Below, one piece after another: positions 36,517-48,200 of a stretch of DNA of 64,000 bases (its first letter is position 1; every line of letters begins with the position of its first letter). The stretch is taken from NCBI GenBank assembly GCA_030704615.1, contig CM060731.1, forward strand, positions 54,932,001-54,996,000. Reading direction: 5' to 3'. The DNA comes from Takakia lepidozioides. Lineage: Eukaryota; Plantae; Bryophyta. Made by a program: the position numbers and the translations under genes. The notes under the pieces are model-generated. The model was not told where the DNA came from and made no database searches. It worked only from the letters and a program-made list of their open reading frames with translations.

Positions 36517-38184
36517 CTCCCCTACGTGACACTATGAGGCTCTAGTACTAATTCTAATAGTGACACGGGTGGGCACCTGTTGCAATTTAAGGGTCATATC
36601 CCAGTGGCTTAGGGCATGTGCACCTGCATCCACCGCAAGAACTCCTATGGTTGGCTGGTCATCAACCCAGTCTCACCATAGAAGAAACACTGGTGGTCTT
36701 GCTGGTCATCACTCCAGCCTCACCACCGACAGCATACTCTAGGATTGACCGGTGATCAAATCCGGCCTAATCCCTATGAAAGCAAACGCCCACACAAAAC
36801 CAACATGGCGCACAGTCAAACATGCAGGTGTTGGGGGGGATCCAAACACAAGAAATCAAAACATCAACACCCCCACACCAAAATACATCTGCAGTGCTGA
36901 TCCTGCAGAATATCCCAGCCCAAAACCCCGGACTGATTGGCCTCCACCAAGAGAGGCTTTGGCAACTACAAGTACAAAGTAATGAAAATAGTAAAAAGAG
37001 GGAGGGGAAGAATAGAGGCCCGACCAAGCAAGATCTAATCCTGATCTATGCTATCAACTGCCAGACTTCTCTCAAAGTGCCTCGCTCTGCATGATGGTAA
37101 GGTGTAGGAGGTATATCTATGTCTAGAAACCTGCCACTAACCTTGTCCCAATCGACAGTAGCTCGCTCTAACCAACCCTCCTCTTCTTTCTGCCAGGTAG
37201 AGACAAAGCAATACTTCCCGATCTCCCGCTCACTGAATACTAAAGAAAATAAAGGTAGGGTCTGACAGTCTCTCAACTCGAAAGCTTTGAGACGGTTGCG
37301 GGTGTCCTCATTGCGAATGATTGCATCTCCTTCAAGCAGCACAAACTTTTCATTGCTAATGAACCCCCGCTCGTGGTTGCCTCGTGTAGAGCGTGTCCGG
37401 CTGCAACCATGTCTGATTGCAAAAACTTGTGTAGCTCCTGCTCCTCTGCTCCATGGCCTTGTGGCTGGACACCTTGGTCCCCGGGGCTGTCTTTGGCTGT
37501 GTTCCAAACCTAGCTTCCACCCACTTTGGTATTTCACCTACAGCTGCAGAACTGCTTGATCCAACAGAGTTTTGACTGTCCAAAGCAATATTGAGGCTCG
37601 CAACGCCAACTACAACAGTTTATTGTCTATTGCTAATGCTTGACTCCCAGTATGCAATCAACTCGTCCAACTGCTCCCCACTCAAATCAGTCTGAGTTCC
37701 TTGATAAACATAAATCTTGTCCCCTTGTGTGCACAGGCTAAGAGAAGAGACCTGCCCTTCAATTACGTCCTCATTTCCCCCAGCCATACAAGGAGGACAT
37801 CCCCAGATTTGTCTCTCATGTAGACCACATAGGTTCTAGAAACAGAATTGTGGATCTTTCATAGCACACTCACACTCAAAAAATTCCATAGATTTTTAGC
37901 AGAGTCCAAAAACTAAAACCAAGTTTAGATAGGTAGATTTCCCCTTTCTGCAGCTATCCCCCCAAAAACTGAGTCAAACGGAGTCCATTTGACAAAGATA
38001 TGACCAATTAGGCTCTAAATCATTTAAATTAGATTAAAAAAGGGTTTTTTTTAAAAAAAATTTAACACCACAACGTTCTCGCCATTAAAAACTGTTCCCA
38101 GGTTATCTACGGGTTCTGAACATGTTCATGTAGTTCTCACAATTTGGATTCACCCCTCCTCTCGTTCTGTGCTCTTATGCTATA

Positions 38185-38358
38185 GCAAAGCGTGGGATGC
38201 GAAGGTTGGTGATGTGGGTCTTGGCCTTTCTGTCAAGGAGAACGTGAGAAGGCTTCAGATCACAGTACACCCTGTGCTCCGGGCACTCATGATGCAGGTA
38301 CACCAGCGCGTTTGCCACACCGATGGCAACGTTGAGTCGATCCTTTCAGTTCATATCC
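38185..38358 (-). pseudogene. Receptor-like kinase fragment (around subdomain VI)
   Basis: Manual translation MN*KDRLNVAIGVANALVYLHHECPEHRVYCDLKPSHVLLDRKAKTHITNLRIPRF matches the RLK pattern RL.IA..VA.AL.YLH..C...VHCDLKPSN.LLD. Confidence 0.8.
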
Positions 38359-40128
38359 CGCTCATACACCAAGTGTCACCTGGTAAGTCCACAGTCTCCC
38401 ACTCTCATGCTCTCCTGCAACAAACACAACCTTGAGGTTCAATCCTCCAAAACCTGAGGATCGCCAGCCACCCGCTGGACTATCAGGATCCTAGAGACCC
38501 TTCTGTTTTTTCACCAGCGCCAGTGCGTCAGGGTGGTGGGGCCAGGCTTGCCTACCCAGCCTCCAGCCCTATGTAGGTGACAGTGTGGTTTCAATTGAGG
38601 TTTCCCAACATAAACCTGCCTGCACTTCGGAAGAATCTACTTCTCAAATTCAAGGCATAATTGAGTATGTTGAGAAGCTCCCGCCCAAACTTATGAGCAC
38701 CGATTTATTGTGCATTCCACAGCTGATCAAGACACATCTAGTTGTGATATTCTTTGCAGAAGCCATAAACATGGTTGTCGATTAGGAGACGGCAGGCAGT
38801 ATGCGGGTATGTAGGAGAGCAGGTCGGCACTCCCCTTGTCGACACTTCCTTCGGAATCTCTGAAAGATCTCTTCCTCCCTCCCTGCTTGCGTTCATATCA
38901 GTGCAGATGAATCCCCTGTGGCCATCCTGCAGGATCTTCTCTGCAGCATGCAAGCTGCATCGTTTGCCCATATTTTTCCTGTTCCATTGCCAACCAGAAA
39001 GAAACAGAGAGGAATATGTGGAAATTTCAAGAACAACGGGCTCCACACCCGAGCGGTAGAGTCTGAATGCTGCTTTGTACCCAGTTGAGCTACCAGTCTC
39101 GCATTCACTTTCCCCACCAAGGCAGCTGCATGAATACTATGAATACCATCACAGCTCCCATCTTCCACTCACTTCCACCACAAGACGACTGGAAGGCGGC
39201 CCCCAACTGACACCAACGATGGACGGTGACTTCGTGGAACGACGGCAGAAGAGGAGCGACGGCAGGCAACAATTCTCAACCATCTTAGCAGCTGGAGATA
39301 CGATTGAGTCCAAAAAACATCTGCATGCTGGCTTGAATCACGAGCCCCTTCAACAACAATTTCCACATCATACAGGAAGATTGCACCCCCTTATCAGTGT
39401 CCCACCATTGCGACTAAGGATGTGAGACGAACTCGAGGCAGAGCCATTCTATGCCTTTGCTTGAGTTGTGTGCAAGAAGATGAGAACCGTGCCACCTCTC
39501 TCCGGGCAATCTCATTGCGAAGTTGCAGCCCTCACCTCTCTTCTGGCAACCTTTCGTCTCCACCATCCAAAACCAAGAGGCAGGAGCCCTCCTCTGATTG
39601 CTATGCTTCCCATGACCATCTATATACCCAGAAACCAGAGATGATCGAAACCTGCATGTTTTTTTTTTTTTTTAACTTCTCAAACTAAGCACTACTCACA
39701 CACAGTCAATCATACAAGTGCTAACCCTCAACTCCTACCTTGCACTCACATGTAAGAGCTCATCTCTCTTGAGTGATTGAAAGAACTAACCTCACATGTC
39801 TGATAACAAAGAAACACAAAACACAACACAATCACTCATTAAAACTAAGAGTCGAGCCAGGGGCACCCCAAGCTATGGGGACTCCACCCCACAACGTCCT
39901 ATTCTCCCTTCATAAACACACTCAGATTCTAAGCAGTGAAGGAGCTCGGTCGTGTAGGCTCAACTCGGGAGAGATGAGCCGCACGACTGACGCTCTCGTG
40001 AAGATAAGATGGTTCAGGTGTCAAGCTAAACTTGACACCTGACTTAACACTTGAACTAAATCCAAGTGTTAAATACAAATAACTTGATTTATTCTAGTTA
40101 GTTACACACTGTGTTTATTTAACTTGAC

Positions 40129-41920
40129 ACAAGGTAAACTCATTGTTGATTTGAAGGCTACAATCTGTCGCAATGAGAATACTTTCCAACAGTACAGTCA
40201 GGTTGAGGCTGAGAAGGAAAGGTACATCCTGGAGTTGCAGCAAACACTCATGGTCCATAAGAATGAACTCTCTGTGGCTAACAAGGCTTGGAAGGAAGCC
40301 AATAATTTGGCTGCTGCCTATGCGGCCCTGGTTGAACCTCATGCGAAGCGCATGGATGCTTTACAGCAGCAGTTAGATGCCTACAGACTCAAGGAGGAGC
40401 ACGCTCTCAGGGGTGCTACACAGGACTTGGTGGATAATCATCTTATGCAAGTATGGTTAACACAAGGGCCGGTGGAAGGGAAGGCACCACGAAAGCTCAC
40501 TCAGGGGGAGATGAATGATCTCAGATTACAGGTGCAGAACATTGCCATAACTACTATAGACAATGTCTATAGTAGCATAGCGAAGTTACAAGATGATGTG
40601 GAAGGTCTGCAGACTCAAGTGGATGACCTGAGTTCCAATATTGACAAAAGAGTCTTTGTTCTTGAGGAGCAGCTGGTGGCTACTTATTTGCATGCCAGGA
40701 CTCTGATTTTCCAGTCTTCGTCACAGGAGGTACACAAGTTGCTAGTGGTAGGAGGGACAACGGTGGCAATATCACAACCTCCACAGCAGGTGGCTGTGCA
40801 GGTGGCTGACACTGTTGATACCATGGCAAAGCCACAACCTGAGGTTTGGGGGAATGCTATTTTTAACCCACCTAGGACCCCTACTGCACTGGAGTACAAT
40901 CGGGCTATGATTATGCCCTTCAACCAAATTCCCATTGTGATGGATTTGGCCTGGAAGAAATACAGTCCTCCACAATCTCTGGCACATTATTACCAGATCA
41001 TGCACATTTGGTTGCCAGTGGCAACTCGAACTAAGGTTCTTCCAAACAATCGCCCCATTGAGGATCATCACTTTGCAAGGTACTGGTCAGAGGCAAGCAC
41101 CATGCTGAAGGAATTAATTGCCTTCCAGGTTGTTCATGGGTACATTTACACCAAGACCAAGGAGGTATCTAGTATTGTCATGGGCTGTGGATTGTATTAT
41201 GCTGCTTGTTTCATGGCACGTTATCACATTGAGCAGCAGAAGATGCAATCACGATTTTTTGAGTTATTCCAGTGGGGATCATTGGGTCTTACCTTCAGTT
41301 CCGCCCCATATGTATCTCTATGATGCGAAAGTCATGATACAGAAGGATTCCCAGCTTCGTTCATGGTTTAATTTGGCTTGGAACAACTTGGTCAAAGAAA
41401 AATTGGGGGCCCTGATGATATTTTCTATAAGGGACATGAAGCATGGAAATACTTACACTGTTCCAAAGTCATTGGCACACCTCTCACCTATATGGCCAAG
41501 GAGTTTAGGGAGTTCACTCATTTTGCTTGCCAGAGTTTACAACAAGTAGTCCAGTTTAAGCTTCCAGACATGGTGGACCAACATTGCATGCCACACAGGA
41601 TTCCGGAGAAGCCATTTAAAGTTTGGCCACTAAAACACCTCCGGGGGGAAGATGATTCTGATACTACTGGTTCTTCTGAGGAACCTTTTGACATGGCGGA
41701 GGATTATGCACTCCAGATGGCAGAGAAGAAAAGACGGGGATCTCCTATGCCTGAGAGGTTACCTCGTTATCAACCACAGGAGGGTCAGACATTTCCATGT
41801 AGTGCTCAATCGCCTTCCTCAGCCAGTGACAGGGCTCGAGCTCGCACACAGAGTCCTTCAAGAGACTCTCACCGTCAGAACGGTGCTCGATCACAAATGT
41901 TTGCTGCTCCTAAACAGTAA
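40129..41920 (+). pseudogene. Large extra ORF of unknown function with a coiled-coil-like N-terminal half, frameshifted
   Basis: Overlapping ORFs 40124-41323, 41118-41549 and 41378-41920 end about 20 bp before the PPT. Confidence 0.65.
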
Positions 41921-42862
41921 ACCGTGAGGACACGGCTTTTTGAGAGGGGGAGAGGTAATGTTAGAGGGTTGTTTGGGACTTAGACGCTTTTACGGGTTCT
42001 GTGGGGTACCCTTAATTTTTGCGCAAACTTACGGATGGTAGACTGAGACCAACAAAAGCCTTAGGGGTGACAGGCGCAGGCTTTAGGGGGGTAGACAGCC
42101 AGTCACAACCTGACACAGACTATCACAGCCCGACACAGCCTCACACAACCAGTCACAGCCCGACACAGTTTTACACAGCCAGTCACAGCTCGGCACAGTC
42201 ACAGCTCGACACAGCTTGGCACAACCCGTCACAACGTACATAGGGAACGGTTATCATTGAGAGGAAACGACTGTGTGGGAACGACATCTGCAGAGGGAAC
42301 GTGTTACTTCAGGGGTGACAGTTAATTAGTTAGGTGGTTAGAACAGCTTGCGGGTAGATGAGGCAGGGCGGCAATAGGAAGGGGATCACTTCTTGGAGAG
42401 CGCGACTTGGTCAGGGAAAGAGGAGACGAAACAGAGAGCGGAAACAGTGAAGAGGAGATGATGACTTGATTGAGGCTTAATTCATGCAAGCTGTAGAATC
42501 ATACATTAGAGTAGATTAGGGACATCATGGCATTGGCCTGATACCTGATAAATCATAATCTGATACTAATTCGATACAAATACACTGTGTAGAGAGACAT
42601 GAGTGAAGCTGTGGAATGAATGAATGATTGATTGGAACTTGATAGATACTGAAGCAATCTGATGCTTCAGTACGCATAGTAAAGTAATTGGCTAACATAA
42701 ATGCAAGAAAAAATACAAATAAGAAGCACAACCATGATTCACTAGCTGTAGGTCATGACTGATTGTTCTGAGCGGGCTGAGTGCTTAGAGATATCCAACT
42801 CTTCTATCTTGGAGTTCCCTCCTCGGATAGCGAAGGGACGGGTGAGTAAAAGCTGCTCGACA
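40129..42862 (+). mobile_element. Gypsy 3' fragment: extra ORF, PPT and 904-bp LTR
   Basis: PPT GAGAGGGGGAGAGG at 41942-41955; LTR 41959 (TGTTAG) to 42862 (TCGACA), whose last ~125 bp match 5360-5483. Confidence 0.85.
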
Positions 42863-44612
42863 CTCCTCTGCTATGGCAGCAACGCACAGTGTCGCGCTTT
42901 GTAAGCTCTGCTCGCATCGCCCGCTTTCTCTGCTGCCACCACCCAAGCGCGCCCATAGAAACACAGAAAAGAAAACAAACTTCACGCATGCGTAGAGTTG
43001 ATGAAACAATCACAGGCTAAACCCTAAATTTGGCCACAAAATGGTAAGTAGACTTTTGTGATCAAACATTCCCAATCTCTTCCCAATCTCTCCACATTCC
43101 CAATCCCAATCAACTCGTACGTCTTAGCTAGCTTCTAGTTGCGCATTGCGCATCCTACCTGGAAGCTCGTCGTCCCCGCGCTTCAGTCTAGCCCAATACG
43201 ACCAGCCATCTTCCAGCCACCCACATACCCGATGAAGGCGACCTCCAATCAACGATTCCAACTTGATGTACAAAAATAATCAACGGCTACAATTAATTCG
43301 ACTTTTTGCTCCGCCATTCCCGCGTGCTGCGTATTCTACTTCATATGTCTATTTTTTATGGACTGCAAGTTGCCGCTTTCGGATGTCCCATAGCATGCTT
43401 TGGCCCCAGAGCTTGTGGATTTGTCTAGTTTCTTGGATAGATTGCATGCTCGTCGGTACATGATCTCGGTGATTGAGGCTAAAGCTAACATAGTCTTGCC
43501 TCAAGATATGCAGGCTAGGAATTTTACCGAATAGGTTAAGTATACAGATCAGTTTCAGGTGGAACAGACTATGTGCCTACGTCTTCAACATGGCAAGCAT
43601 GCATACAAGTCCAAGTTGACGATCAACGGTCCCTATTTGTTTTACAAGCTGATCCGGGGGGGACGTGCCTTGATACATGCCATGGGCTAAACAGATTACC
43701 CCACATCCTATCCGTTGAACCATAAAGGGCTGAGATGTAGCCAGCCCAATATAGGGTCAGCTGTACAATGTATGGGGTAACCAGAGTATAACGGCTTCCC
43801 GCTGTTGTTTAATTAAAGCAACAATGAAGTCTGACAAAAACATAATGAGAGAGTTTTTTATAGGGCCAGGAAATTATGGGGCATCATATATGTAAAGCCT
43901 TCCCCCCTCAAAACCTGAGCTCATGCGAGGTAAAATATACGGAAACTACCCCGCCCTGTGTTCCTTGTCGTCGTAGGGTGAAAAATCTCTCATCGGAAAA
44001 CCAGTGGGACAAAATCCATATAGATGAAAACCTTACGCAATGAACATGTTGGAACATCATGCTGTACTTAGCTAAAATCTAAACTACAAGAATCAAGAGA
44101 AGAATGCAAACTAGAAGAAGACTAGAACATCAGAAAATCAGCTCCTCATTCTAAGTCTAAAACATGGCTCTAGAAACAAAAGGCTCCATAGCCCTGTGCC
44201 TCACGGAATAAGCTCCGCCATCCTACCTTCCACATTGATACAAGTCAAATAAAAAATCAATTCAGAATGGATCAGATTTGTGAGTGCTACCGGCTCCTTG
44301 TGAGCTTGAGTTATATATGCCCCTGTGGCACCAAGTGTGGTCTCATCCCAACCAAGGGTTTGGGATATGGTCTTTGTGACCTTCAGTAAATGGGCTCTTC
44401 TCCTCATATGTACAGCCTGGTGTATCTGTGTGTGACAGAACTCTAGATGTCTGTTGTTGATGCATGCTTGACGTTCATATGTTGTTCTCCTCTACGTGTG
44501 CCTTTATTACTGCAACTGCAAAGTCTTGTTTTTTCTTGAATTGCGCACCCTTGAACTAAACGTGCCTCGTGAGGAAGAGAGAATCTCATCCAAGCACAAA
44601 ACGAGGCTTCAC

Positions 44613-45042
44613 AACACCTCTCATAGGAAACCTCAAAAAGCTAACAAGACCTAAAACACATTTGGGCATAACAGCTTCACATTTGATGACCTCGGTGACC
44701 CAGCTTCACCACATTCAGAGCCGTCTCCGCCCACGGCGGCGGATGTCATCATCCATCACTGCGACCCGTCACAGTGGAAGACACATTTGTGTTAGTGACC
44801 GTCCAAAATGCTTTCCATAAAAAAAAAGGCATGTAGCAAGAAAACCTGATCCACGGTTATCGCAAGGGGGGCAAATCAGGTTCTCATGAGGCATCATCGA
44901 TAGCCCTTTGGTAGCATACTTACATACTCTCAGATATCCGATACACCTATGATAGGAAACCTCATAAAGCTGACAAGACCTAAAACACATCTGGACATAA
45001 CAGCTTACATCTGGTCATCGGTAAGCCAGCTTCACCACATTC
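44613..45042 (+). repeat. Two ~100-bp direct repeats upstream of the LETM1-like gene
   Basis: acacct...ataggaaacctca.aaagct.acaagacctaaaacacat.tgg.cataacagctt...cagcttcaccacattc at about 44613-44716 and 44943-45042. Confidence 0.85.
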
Positions 45043-45259
45043 GGTCTCCACCTCCATTACAAAGTCTCAAGTTTCGGAAGTAGAGTCGGCCACCGCGGCC
45101 AACCTCATTACCCTTGCAGCAGGCGGAGACGATGACCCTCTGTTCGCTACATTGAGATCGTGGTGGGAACTTGTTCTCGTATTGTGATCGTTCTAAGTTC
45201 TACTAACAACACCGTTTCTCTCTCTCAGCAGAGATAGGAGAGAGAGAGAGAGTGTGGCT

Positions 45260-48200
45260 ATGGCGGTGCGCTCCGCTCCTCCATCATTGCATTGCTTAAC
45301 ATCCTTTGTGAACTTACTGCAATCATGTAAATCACCATCCTCCAAGCATTCGAACTACGCTATCTCTGAAGCTCTACCCTCACCCTACATGAACAACAGT
45401 AAATTCTGTGCGAGTTCAGAGCGCACTTCCCAGTCGAGGGCTTCTTTAAAAAATGCCTCACTGTCGGCACCGTCCATGGCGTTCAGGATGCGACTTCCGT
45501 GCTTAGCTAGGAATAGGAAAGGCTGGGCAGAAGCTTGCGCCAAATTTGATGAAGCAGTGCCCTGTAGCGGAGGAGAGCAGGGCAATAATTTGGTACAGGC
45601 ATTGCATGACGCCGCTCGCGTGTTTCAATCAGCTATGGAGGAACAAACCTCTCTCACTCGTGGCCCCTGGTTTGCACAGAAGTGGCTTGGCATTGACAAA
45701 AATGCTTGGATGAAGGCTTTGGCATACCAGGCAAGTGTTCTTACATAGTGCGTGACTTGAGAAAGTAGTCTCCGAACTGAAGCTTATATACTTTCACCAG
45801 CTCCAATGATTCGACGGGAGATAATCGTAGTAATTATTTGCGAAGGAGGAAGGACATTTTGTTCTTTTCGTGAGCGCGTCTGAAATCCTTTGCAGACTGG
45901 AAAGTTTTCCTTGGAAGCAATACGCGTGGAGTAAAATTTTGTTATAGTTTATGATCTAAAGTTGAGTCTGGGAGTATTACCACTGAACGTATTCATCAAG
46001 TTCAAATCTGGATCTCTAAGTCTTTTTCCTCACGGCCTCCATAAAGGAAAGCGAGCATGACTTTATAATTATGGGGTCTATGCGCCTCTTTTCAGTGCCA
46101 TTTATGCCAGTTTCTGAGTTGCCAGCCAAAGGGACAGGATTCTTCCGAAATCAGCTTGGGTGTATGTATGAGAGTGGTGCAAGGTTTTGAAATCCATAGC
46201 TGCCCTAAATAAGCAATTTTCTTTGGGAGTTCGTCCCTGTGCAGCTGTGTAGGCATAGTGCTACATAAAAGATGACTTGATACACCTGTAGCACTCAGTC
46301 CAAAGGAGTGTGGACATCTTTTCAGGTTCCCACAACATTCTCCTATTTCATACAGAGAACATTACTAGGTTCATGAGCACTCATACAGCAGGCTGTCTGG
46401 TTGCAGGCTGCCGTGCACTCGGTGTTACAAGCAGTTCTGGAAATTTCTGCTCGAGGCGAAGGGAGGGATAGAGATGCCCATGTCTTTGTACAGCGCAGGT
46501 TAGCCCATTGATGTTTGTGAAAATGTCTGTCAGTATAAGTACCTCTTGTAGCCTTCCTGGAAGTGACATCTTCTTGATCCACTAGCTGACATCCCACATT
46601 CCTTAAGAACCGGAAGAATGAGGAAAATTTAAAAACGCTGTGAGGATGGTTGTCTTTACTTCACAGGGAAGGGCCAATATAGGGGGGGGGGGGATCTCCA
46701 TCTTAGGACTTTGTTGGAAATGGATGCTACCTCAGACTGAGGTGGCAAAAATTGACCACTACATTGCACTAGAATAGTGTAGTGCTCATCTGGTACATCT
46801 ACTGGCACTCATATGCAATCTAGTGCACTGCTTTCATCTTCGCATGGCAGCGTCACTAGTACTTTAGTCATGGTAAGCTAACTGTCTTGTATCTTATTCT
46901 GCTGTGCAGTCTTATGCGCCAATCAGTCCCACTGGAGGACTCCATCAGACAGCAGCTGTCATCAAGAGATCCATCTGCGGACGACTGGCTATGGCTTCAG
47001 CAACACCCCCTTGCAGTGGCAAGCTTTGTCAGATTTTTGGAGAAGGACTTACGATTTGCTGCTATCACTTCCACGTGTGTACCCCGCATTAAGCTTCTAA
47101 ACCATCAAATTTTGGTTCAGTTTTGGGGCCTAAATTACACTAGGTCTTGGATGTGATTTAGTTATCAAGTGTCAAATTGCATGAGCTGAGTCACAATTCA
47201 GGCTTTTGGAGACAAGACCTGAAAGTTTGCAATAGAGTACAGGCCTGGTTCCTATTATCATGGTGTTTGTGCTGTTTCTGGAGAAATGAAAGCGTGCTTC
47301 AAGATCAGCTGTGAAAGACTTGTGGCTCATTTTGACTCTGGCAGCAGACAAGTCCTGAGTGCTTGGACGAGATTTAACAAATTTTGTTCTCCACATTTGT
47401 CAATTTCTGCAGCTCTCTTTAAACTGTCGCTCACTATTAAACCCTGACTTGGTGCCTTGCTGTATTTCCAGGGGCTGGGATGGGCCTGCTACAAAGCCAA
47501 GCAAGGCAAGTGATATAGCCCTCTTGTCACTGGCTCTCAGCAGTAGTGCAGCAGTGATGAAGCTTGGGTCAGCAGCAGTGTCATGTCCTCTCTTTTTATC
47601 CACTCTTCCTGAGGAAATTGGCCGCCAAATGCAGAAGCTGACCGAGGTTCTCCCAATGGATCAAGTGTATTCTTTTGCTTCTGGCATAGGACTTAAGGGT
47701 GAATTCCTTGGAAACTTTGGCTCTAGAGTTGCTGACAACAAGAAATGGCGTGAAGGAAGAGAAGTGGCCTTCTGGGTCGATCTGGTGCAGCAGTTGCTTC
47801 GGGGAGCTCTCATCAGGGAAGGTGTTAGATCCAGGCTGGAAGCCTATGACAGTGTTGAGGTAATACCCATGTCGTCCTCAACCATGGGGGATGTCCTTGT
47901 GCCTTCCTTTGATTTTCTTAACACCTCTATATGTGTGATTTTCTCTCTCAAGTACTGGCCTGCATGCTTGGTGTTAATTTGCCTGTTGTATTGGGAAGGT
48001 GTTGTGTTAGGGTCTGAAAGAAGATGTTCCTAAAATGTGCTGCCTTCATGCTATAGTACACCCAAATGAGAACTGGATGGGAATGTGTCTTTGCAATGAT
48101 ATGCATATATAGATCAGGGAGAACAAACAGAAGTTGATGGTGCTGCAGTGCAACTTCCAATTATCTCTATAAAGTAGATCCTTGTTTACCCCATGTGGGC

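Larger units (their letters stand above)
27335..40128 (-). mobile_element. Non-chromovirus Gypsy 5' part (putative 2-kb LTR, upstream ORF, gag, protease), interrupted by the chromovirus
   Basis: Gag at 34.9-36.5 kb, protease RVLLDSGAQSLMLG at about 27385-27430 beyond the nested insertion; putative LTR 40128 (TGTCAAG) to 38093 (GGGAACA) followed by TGGCGAGAACG. LTR extent is inferred. Confidence 0.7.

Noticed and set aside
38738-39168. Possible WD40-like fragment (GHRGFI, DSTARVW)
   Set aside because: The motifs are short and in different frames; insufficient support.
5320-42862. One giant LTR element bounded by the related LTRs at 5.4 and 42 kb
   Set aside because: The left LTR is truncated, the LTRs differ at several positions, no TSD is visible, and PPR sequence resumes at 8216.
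43016-43030. Telomere-like AAACCCTAAA motifs here and near 1744 and 3410
   Set aside because: Single units, common as telo-boxes; no array.
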